DNA from: Lama glama
Lineage: Eukaryota
Length of the DNA: 64,000 nucleotides
NCBI GenBank assembly: GCA_028534125.1
Contig: CM052816.1
Location: forward strand, 75,580,001-75,644,000
Reading direction: 5' to 3'
Shown: piece by piece, positions 55,201-64,000 of the stretch
How the letters are laid out: the number at the start of each line of letters is the position of its first letter
How positions within the stretch are numbered: the first letter of the stretch is position 1
Made by a program: the position numbers and the translations under genes
Notes under the pieces: generated by a model
What the model was told of the DNA's origin: nothing
The model's input: the letters and a program-made list of their open reading frames with translations, nothing else
Databases searched by the model: none

Positions 55201-58200
55201 GAGGATGAAAGTGAATCAAAGTGAAAAATGATTAATAAAGAAAACAGCACAGTCAGAATATTCTGGGCTGGCCATTTCCATCTATACTATTCAGTTATAT
55301 TGTCCTTCATACAAAAAGTGATTTCTTACAAGACACCACTGCAATCATCATTAACCAATGTAGGTGTTTGAGGACTTGCATATATGTTTTAATGATCATA
55401 CTAACTGAAAGCCAAGTAATTGGCTCATAAATGTATGTTTCTATTCTTAACCTTAAAGATGGCCAGTAAGTCTGTGGCACAGGATATCTCCCATTTGCTT
55501 TTCCCGATTCACCCTCCACTCTTCTTCATCTTGCTTGAGAGGCTGACATGTGTGGACCACATCAACAGACTTCCTTGTCCTCTAGTTTCAGGCGTGTTTG
55601 ATCAATGGTCAGGGAGCAGGGTGGGGAGCAGGAGGTGCAGGAGATTGTAGGGAGGGAAGAGAGTGTGGGGGGGTATTCCCCTGAGGGATCACTGAGGCCC
55701 CTAAAATGAGGGACTCAGCCCCTTCTCAACTCCTACTCAGCTAGCCCTCTCTGTCTCCAGTTGTTGTCAAGGCTCCTCTCTCCCCGCTTCAGGCTTGGAC
55801 ATGGATATACTGTGTACTCTAGCTCCTACCAGTCCAGGAGGACTGCCCTGCCCTCTTCTCTCCCCACATTTCTGTAAACAGTCCCACCAGTAAACCTCTT
55901 CTTGTCCCCATTTAGTTGTGCCATCTGCATCTGACATCTAGTAACTGCTTCAGATATCCTTCTACAATGGAGGGGCTTCAAGTTGGATGATGTTCTTATA
56001 ACACAAATCTATTTCAAGAATCAGAAAAGCAGCTGCTTTATTATTGCTTTAAGAGTTTACATCTCAAGGGAATTTCAGCACTAATCTCCTCAAGCTCTAA
56101 ATTCTTAGGTGACAGTTTTGTCATTTTGCCCCATTTACACAGAGAACGAGCAGTGCTCAAACACTCCTTCAGCCTTTCTCACCAGCCAGCTTAGAACACT
56201 GCTTTACACCACCAATCCATCAGTCCTGGTGACCCAGGCAAATGACAGGCAGCACATGGACCAGATTAAAATGCAAGGACCCTTAACCCTTGGTAAGTAA
56301 CACCTTCCATCTAACAGAGACTACAGTCTTAGGAAATCATCCCATTTACTTTGAATAAAATAAAACAGAGGTGAGCCTAGAGAGAGCTTACCCACATTCA
56401 TAGGGCATTTTACAAACACATCTTGAATTCTTCAGTTTCTCCCAGCGCTGACATTCAGGCACTTCCTGTACCAAAGGGGAGTCTAAAAGAAAAAGATAAC
56501 AGAGATGCGGTTGTTGGGAGAAGAGCTTCTTCATAGCAAACAAGGTATTATTTTAATTGTTGAAACAGGCTCTGGAATATTCTGAAGTGCAACAAGTTTC
56601 TAAAAAAAAAAAAAAGCTTTAGCTGCAAAGCATTTTAAAAGAGATAGAGTGTTTCTAGAAGCACCCTACAAATAATTTCATTGGTCATGATAGCCACCAT
56701 TTCTTCAGCATTTACTCTTGGCCCTGCACTTTTTATACATGGTGATATTTAATCCTTCTGAGCAATGCCCACTTAAGAGATTAGGAAATTAAGAGTCAGA
56801 AAAGTTAGGAAATTCATGCTAGTTAAATTGGCCAACCCAAGGTTTAACTCCAGCTGTGTCTGAATTGAAGGCCAATGGAGTGGGCTCCCTTTCATCAAGA
56901 CAATGGGGTTTACTCTAATGGAAAAAAAAAATATGAAAACAAATACATGTATGTATATGCATGACTGGGACACTGTGCTGTTCACCAGAAACTGACACAT
57001 TGTAATTGACTGTACTTCAATAAAAAAAATTAAATTAAGTTTGAAAAAAGAAGGTGGGGTTTAAAAACCATTTGCTGTGTGGACTGAATTTTGCCCACTG
57101 TGCCTATAACAGGACAAAGCAGCAACATAACTTGACCTATATGTGGAGAACTCTCAGCTCTCAAGGACAGCTATAATAACCTCTTAACATGTAAATGATC
57201 AAGTGGTCTCCCCTCCACAGTGAGTAAATGTCTAGAGAAACTTACATTAATAAAATCCTCTCCATCACTTTATGTTTTCTACAAACTGATAGAAAGCCAA
57301 CCATCATTCTAATTTTAACAGGTCTAACTTACAATAGCATAATTTGCCATGGCCTGGGCTATGCCTGATTCCAACGCAAACCATCTACAACACCCTGCTG
57401 TTTCCACCTTCCCACCAGCTTCATTAGATGGAATTCAGCGGCCTGTACTTGTGCATTATAAAGCTAATTGTCTGTTTCCTATATCTGTAGGAGTCATTTA
57501 TCTGAAGGACATGTTTAATGGATGCACAAGCCATGGAATTCATTACTTTGGAAAACTTAAGAACTTTAGACATGACAGGAAAATCTCATGAACAAGGAAG
57601 GCATAAACTTGAAAAAATACTAGCAAGGCGAAGTATGCCTGCTATGTCTAGCAACATCTGTAGCAGGTACATATTCTTTGAACATTTTTCTTTGAAAGTG
57701 TATTATCCTAATTGCAGTGTAGTGTCCTGAATTGGATCCTAGACCATGAAAGGACACTGACGGAAGAACTGGTGATACATGAATAGGGCCTGTAGTTTAG
57801 GCAATAGTATTGTAATAATTAATATTAGCAGCTGGGTTTTGACCAACAAAACTGTCAAAGGGTGTGAAATGCTAATATTACAGGAAGATGGATAAAGGGT
57901 ATATGGAAACTATACTTGCAGTTTTTCTGAAATCTAGAATGATTCCAAAATAAAATATTTTAATGGTATTATCTAGATCAGTGCTTCTCAACCAGGGGCA
58001 ATTTTGCTCCGCAGGGGACATTTGGCAATGTCTACAGACATTTTTGGTTGTCACTCCTGTGGAATGCTACTGGCATCTAGTGAGAAGAGATCAGATACTG
58101 CCAAACATCTTACAATGCACAGGACAGGTTCCCACAACAAAGAATTACAGGCATTTCAATAACGTTGGGGTCGAGAAAGCTTGATCTAAATGTAGGTTCA

Positions 58201-61200
58201 ATGATTAAGCCATATAAGTTAACTCTTCATTTGTATTCGTTTATTTGCTAATCATTCATAAGGATGGAATTTTAAATTGTAAATATTTTCTAAAAGTTAT
58301 TATAATTTCTCGGTGAAAGATCACTTGTAGAATTACCTAAACCAAAGACTTTGGCATTTAAAAAGAACACAGCTTTGTTATCTTCATAATTTAACTCTTA
58401 GGTTCCACCTACCGTATGCACCTTTACTATTTTAAAATCAAATATCCTCACATCAAGACTGAATACTGATGGGGATGGGGACAAACGAGGGACTAGTGTT
58501 TAGTGGGTACAGAGTTTCAGTTTGGGAAGACGGAGAAGTTCTGAAGATGGACGGTATTGATGGTTGAACAATAATGGGGATGTCCTTAATGCCACTGTCT
58601 TGCACATTTTAAAATGGTTAAAAATTGTGTATTTTACCACAATAAAAAAAAAAGACTAAACACTTACATAACAGATATTTTAAAACTCTGGGGGCCGACA
58701 AGACCCAGATTTTTTGTTTGTGACGGGCTTAGTTTAAGGGGAGTTATTACTGTTATCCACGTCTTCTGAAAAACACACAGGTCTCAAAAACATCCTTAAT
58801 TAAAACTATAATAAAATTTGCTGCTGAGAAAATTCATACCAAATTGTGCTATAAAGTGATTGAAGAAGACATTTTAGGAAAACAAGTATTAATCTCATTT
58901 GGAAGAAAAGAGCACCGTCATCAACTGCACATTGTTCTCTTTAATGTCGGCATTATTGGTAAAGGTCCATTACTGTATCCTCAATGAACTCATGGTTATG
59001 CTGCAGCGCACGTCGACAACAAAGCAGTTGTCTCTGATGTGGGTCTTTGACAGGTAAAGAGCACGCGGGAACCAGCATGGTGGGCGTTCCGGTGGACACA
59101 CCGCCCTCCCATTCTGTCGTCTGTGACTTGTTTAACATCACAGCCCAGGTCCACCATCAGTCACAGAGAGCCCCATACACCCTGCTCTCTTTTCAGTTGT
59201 GAACATCTAATCCACCTACTACTATTACTCATGGAATCTTGTCTTCATCTTCAGCACAGAAAACAATTTCAGCATTGAATTAAAAATCATATACTCAAGA
59301 AATAAGTAAAATAAAATGTGAGTGTGACTTTCTTTTTTCATTTTTAATTGCTATGAACCTGATCTCTTCCATTTATTAAAAAATGTAAGCAAAGAAGTTT
59401 GAGGTTATTTTGAAAACAAATCCACCCCCTCTTAAGTATCTCTAAAAAGAAATAGTTTGACTTTCTAAGTCTCTTCCTGCCTTAGCTTCTTAAAAGAACA
59501 TTTTAATTTTCCATGTATTCAAAACACTGGATATTTTGATTTCTATTATTAAGAACAACTTCACAAACTACAATATTTTTCCTTCAATAACTCCTGCTTT
59601 GCAGTGTGAAATGTAAAGGCTTTTAAATTTTCAACTTCAATAATACTGATAAACTCTGAGAGCCCCAAAATGAAACATGTAGAATTTTATATAAATTTTG
59701 ACCTCAACTCTGGACTTTATAAAAGTACATTTAAAAAGTCACGAGGAAGCCAGAAACCAGAAATCAGCTTTTTGAAATTCTTTATTTTCTTGGCATCCTA
59801 ATAGATTTAAAGCTAATTTTTGATATGAAGGATATATGTTAAAATTACAGAATCACCAGGGCTAGTCTTGCCTTTCCTGGAATTCTGTGAGTCTGCCTGT
59901 GCCACATGAAAAAACTCTGTTACCCGGTCTATGAACTGACCTCCTTCTTGTAGGGAGGCAGGGAGGGAGGGAATGACCCACAGTTATGGTGGTTCAATGC
60001 CTTGAAGAACCACCACAGGGACTCTCACTAGCCCGAGTTCACCGAGTTCAGTTATCCTTGGACAGAATCAGGAGCCACTCACCTTTTTGCACACACTGGA
60101 CATTCTTCATCTCAGGGCTCCACTTAAGGCTGGATCCGCAAAGAAACGTCGAAGGACCTTCTAAGGACATGCCACCTGAACAGGAAAAGGTCACCTTCTC
60201 GCCGACTGTGTAGAAAGCTTTGTGGGGATGACTCTGCATGCCATCCATCAGCACAGGCAGAACACAGGCAATTTCTAAAGAGAACGGAGAGCAGAATACA
60301 AGGGTCATTGCTTTCCTAAACCATCTTTTTAAAAAATTGACAGTCTCGAATGGTGCTGATACACTTGTTCTGCTTCTTCAAATGAGCAGACAAGGAGGAA
60401 GAGGTGAGTTCACCCTGAAGACAAGTCCCAGCGTGCCTGGCAGGTAATGACATGAACAACTGAAGACCAATACAGTCCCCATCCTCTCACCTCTGCCCTC
60501 AAGGCAATGTGACAATTCAAACTGAATAAGCCTTAAGTCCAGCCTACTGTTAAAACCAGACTTTGCATAGCTGCTATTTCTTTCTCTCATCTGGTGAAGT
60601 CCCACCAGAATTTTCCCAAGAGCTGTGTTCATTTGCATGTCATTAGCATATATTCAACTAGATATTTTACTACCTGAAATTTTAAAGAACCACCTTTAAC
60701 CTTGCAATCATAAAAATGTTAAATCTTCTTTGGTTTCCCATATCTATTTTTTCTTATCCCATTCCATTCCTTAGCTCAAATCTTCTACTTGAAAAAACAA
60801 GGAGAAAAGTGAGAAATATGCATAGTCATGAAAAGCAAGTCAGAATTCAAGCTTAAAAAAATCTTGCCAATCTCTCTGATGGACTTTGGACAATATTCTA
60901 TAAAGTACTATTTCTGCACCATTTTCATCAGAAAATCCATTTATTCATTCAAAATCAGCATTTATTGAGTGCCAATATTGTGCCAATAATGTTGTACACA
61001 AGATGCTCATCACATATTCTGCCTTGAAAGAGCTAATATTCTATCATCAAATTTGTTTATCTCCGGCCATGACACATTTCTTGCTTCCACAATCTCGATC
61101 CCACCAAGACAAATAGAAAGGCTATACAAAATTATAAGGAAAAATATTCCTGACAGCATCAGAGAAAAACCAAAGCAGTGGAAGTTTGGAGGTCCAAGAT

Positions 61201-63649
61201 TCCAGAGAAAAGGGAAGTCTAAAGTAGTGATTACAATATTCGGTAATGCCTTTGTCCTTGAGGTATTTATAAATTTGAAAAACAAAAATTTTTTTAATGT
61301 TCTGAAAGACAGCTAAACTAAGGAGAAAGCTGCAGCTCAGAGGCTAAATAGCTGGATACAGTTGTTAGCAGTCTCACAGGGCTGGGAGATCAAAATTAGC
61401 GTCCAGTCCTCTTCAAAGGGGAGGCCTCGGTAGAAATCCCATACTTTCCATTAGAATCCTTAACGGTGACAGCCGAGGGTAAAGGGGAACTGGACTTAGG
61501 TCAGCCACATCACTTGCCAGAAGCAAACCAACATCTTTACCATCATCTAAAGTCTCAAATTATTTCTTTAATTTTTTTACATGTGAAGTCTGTAATTCAA
61601 TCAAAACTCATATAACATTCAAAAATATGACAGAAACAGACCTATAGCAGATCCAGACAATGGGATTAACAGTCATGGACCATGAAATAACTATGATTAA
61701 TATGTTGGGAAAAAAAATAAATGACAAGATGGAGAATTGCAACAGAGAGCTAGAAAGTATAGAAAAGTAGACAAATGGGATAGCTAGAACTGGGAAAGTG
61801 AAATTAAGAACTCAGTAGAGTTCCTGAAAGCAGAGTAAGCTCAATTATTCAGAGAATTAATAAATGGGAAGTAGATCAACAGAAAATATTTAGAACGAAA
61901 CAGAGAGAGAAAAACAAAGATATATATGTATACATACGTATGTACATGTTTATCTGTTCTAAAAATGTATCATTTGTGTCTCATGAGGAGAAGTGAGCAA
62001 GAATGAGACAGCAATATTTGAGGACAAAGGTCAAGAATTTTCTAAATTTGACAAAAGACATTAAAGCACAGGGTCAAGAGTGCCTTGACTATCAACTATG
62101 ATAAAGACCAAAAAAATCACCTCTAGGCACACCAGAGCAGAGCTGCTTCTGAAAAACAAAGACAAACAACAAATTGACAAAAGCAGCCACACAGAAAAGA
62201 TATGGCTTCCAAAGGAGAAACAGTAAACCTGAGAGCTGACTTCTCACCAGAAAACAATGAAGTAAGAAGGCAGTGCGATAAAATCTTTACAGGGTTTAAA
62301 GAAATCAACTGCTAACCTAGAATTTCTATTCCTGTAAAAAATATCCTTCAAAAGTAAAGATAAAGTAAGAATATTTTTAGATGAACAAAAACTGGAACAA
62401 TTTTTCACCACTAGGTTCACAAGAAAGGAAAACAAGTTCTTCAAGCAGAAGTATCTTTGAAAGCAATCTTTTCAAAGAACCAACTTTTGGCTTTATTACT
62501 CCCAGCTAGGGAATATTTATATTCTATTTCAGCAATTTCTTCTCAAGGACTCCAGGGCCGAGAGGCAGAGAGACAGAGAGACAGACAGAGACAGAACAAG
62601 AAAAGGCCTTACAAATCAATAAGAAAAAAGACAGACAAACCAACAGAAAAAATGCCTCCAAAATTGGATAGCCACTTCACATACACAGAAAAAAATCCAA
62701 ATGACCAGTAAATACAGGGTTAACATCATTAGTCATCAGAGGAAATACAAATTTAAAAATACAGATTAGAAAATAAGATATCACTACACACTCGCCAGTA
62801 TATCTAAAAATTTTAAAGATAGATGATATCAAGTATAGGTGAGAATACAGAGCAACTTCGAATTCTCAGATCCTGGTAGGGATGCAAATTGGTACAACCA
62901 CTTGGAAGACTGGTGGCATCTATCAAGCCTAATGATTCAGAAATTTCGCTAACAGGTACGTATCTCAGAGAAAAAATGTACATGTGCAGTACGGCTTTCC
63001 TCACAGAGCACAGACCAACTGGCACAGGAAAAATACATCCCTGTAGCTCTGTCTATCCATCTGCTGAACAATCTTACGTTGTAACACCTGGGATGGAAGC
63101 CAGAGAATTGAGTTAGGGTGGAACAACATGCAGAAGCACTTACTCAGATGCCTACATCTGAACAGAAAAGCATCCAAAGCATTTAAGGAAGGAGATTGTG
63201 GTAAATCCCCAGTAATTGAACTCTAAAGACTGTCCTGATGGTCTTAGCCAGAACTCAGCTCCCTGACCTATTCTAAGTTGCAGCAGAAACTTTAAAATTG
63301 CCATAAAATGTGCCTTACCTAACAGAAGCACCATCAACTAGAGAAATCTGAGGGTTTTTTCCAAAGCATTCCTGAAACTTGGACAGGATTGTATGAGCCT
63401 TTCAGGAAAAGGAAATCGAGACATACGGAGAGTGGTTATCTATCCTGATTCATTCGCTTCCACGTTATCTTTTCATCTTTCATCTTAAGTTAGATTCTAT
63501 ATCCAAGGCCACTCACTCTGACAATGCATTTCCCCAACCAGCCACTGTAAATTTTCTCCACATCTGGCAACAGGGTCTCCAACAAGAGAGTATCCTTCAT
63601 TGCAAGTATATACTATGTCTTTCCCAACAGGAAACATGGCACCTTCATC
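52019..63649 (-). CDS. C7: Complement component C7, last five coding exons (part of CCP1, CCP2, FIM1, FIM2); upstream exons lie beyond the window
   Basis: Phase-consistent GT-AG exons give [10 protein letters not shown]...[14 protein letters not shown]...[21 protein letters not shown]...[22 protein letters not shown]...[10 protein letters not shown], recognisable as the C7 C-terminus. Cys counts are as expected (4 in CCP2, 8 in FIM1, 10 in FIM2). Confidence 0.96.
52628..52812 (-). mobile_element. L1 3'-terminal fragment
   Basis: aattgaagtatagttatttacaatgttgtgttagtttctggtgtacagcatagtgattcag. Confidence 0.8.
53930..54114 (-). CDS. C7: C7 exon ([13 protein letters not shown]...CPLWGKCD), FIM1/FIM2
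   Basis: Minus-strand tttcag| acceptor, |gtaagg donor, 185 nt. Confidence 0.93.
54804..54908 (-). mobile_element. tRNA-Ala-derived SINE
   Basis: ttggggattgaacgcaggacctcatacatgctaagcatacactctatcactgagctattcccacccc; flanked by caaggc direct repeats. Confidence 0.8.
55470..55940 (+). mobile_element. LTR33-like (ERVL) LTR remnant
   Basis: gaggctgacatgtgtggaccacatcaac...ttgtgccatctg; recall-based. Confidence 0.5.
56392..56482 (-). CDS. C7: C7 exon ([31 protein letters not shown]), start of FIM1
   Basis: Minus-strand ttttag| acceptor, |gtaagc donor, 91 nt. Confidence 0.93.
56921..57045 (+). mobile_element. Short L1 3'-terminal fragment (antisense to C7)
   Basis: aatatgaaaacaaatacatgtatgtatatgcatgactgggacactgtgctg...gactgtacttcaataaaaaaa. 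Confidence 0.75.
57700..57960 (+). mobile_element. Old L1 (L1MC/ME-like) 3' fragment
   Basis: tcctgaattggatcctagacc...aaagggtatatggaaact...tccaaaataaaa. Confidence 0.55.
57979..58183. mobile_element. MER20-like hAT-Charlie element
   Basis: cagtgcttctcaaccaggggcaattttgc...ggacatttggcaatgtct...; 8-bp TSD atctagat/atctaaat. Confidence 0.8.
60083..60274 (-). CDS. C7: C7 exon ([12 protein letters not shown]...VQCVQK), CCP2
   Basis: Minus-strand ctttag| acceptor, |gtgagt donor, 192 nt. Confidence 0.93.
61630..63000 (+). mobile_element. Old fragmented L1 (ORF1-region and ORF2 3' remnants), antisense in a C7 intron
   Basis: gagctgacttctcaccagaaaacaatgaag...ctaacctagaatttctattcctg...ccttcaaaagtaaagataaag; later gatgcaaattggtacaaccacttggaa. 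Confidence 0.7.
63517..63649 (-). CDS. C7: C7 exon ([20 protein letters not shown]...GEMHCQ), CCP1
   Basis: Minus-strand tttag| acceptor, |gtgagt donor, 133 nt. Confidence 0.93.
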
Positions 63650-64000
63650 CTAAACAGAAATAGAAGATGGAGAGAGGAAGAATATGTCCATTTTGCATTA
63701 ACAAAATGTTTCTTTAGATATACTTGGCCCATAAATTATGACTTATTTCATCATCAGGCAACCTACATTCAAGTAACCCATTTTGAAAATTGTAAAATTA
63801 TTTTTCCCTGTAGAATCCTAGCCAACAACACTGGTACCACCATTAACTGAAATCAAGTTATTAATGCCATTGTACTAGAATTTTTTGATTGCTCCCCAAA
63901 CACCAAGCACTGACCTAAATATTTTATTAAAATTATTTTAGTGGGTACTGTCCAAGTAAATTTTTTCACTGATATTTTCAGGCAAGACTGTTATATTTTG

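Noticed and set aside
63313..63450. Minus-strand AG|gtaagg donor-like site suggesting an extra C7 exon
   Set aside because: Exons 63517-63649 and 60083-60274 already join in frame (HCQ-K-IAC) with nothing missing.

Overview
Mammalian (eukaryotic) genomic DNA, most likely camelid judging from its tRNA-Ala-like SINEs. It holds the 3' parts of two convergent, tail-to-tail genes. On the + strand are the last 32 coding exons of MROH2B (HEATR7B2; maestro HEAT-like repeat protein), 58..42146. They splice into one stop-free frame of about 1240 codons and include a 27-nt microexon and one GC-AG intron. On the - strand are the last five coding exons of complement component C7 (CCP1 part, CCP2, FIM1, FIM2), 63649..52019. 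The rest is intronic or intergenic sequence rich in L1, L2, MIR, SINE, hAT/Tigger MER and LTR remnants. Almost all ORFs in the supplied track are spurious or are exon read-throughs. I found no convincing previously undescribed biological system. The notable points are the GC donor, two twin-primed (5'-inverted) L1 insertions, a 44-bp insertion with a target-site duplication inside a SINE, a solo ERV LTR, a U2 snRNA 5' fragment, and multi-level nested insertions. Gene and repeat-family names come from recalled homology, not database searches.
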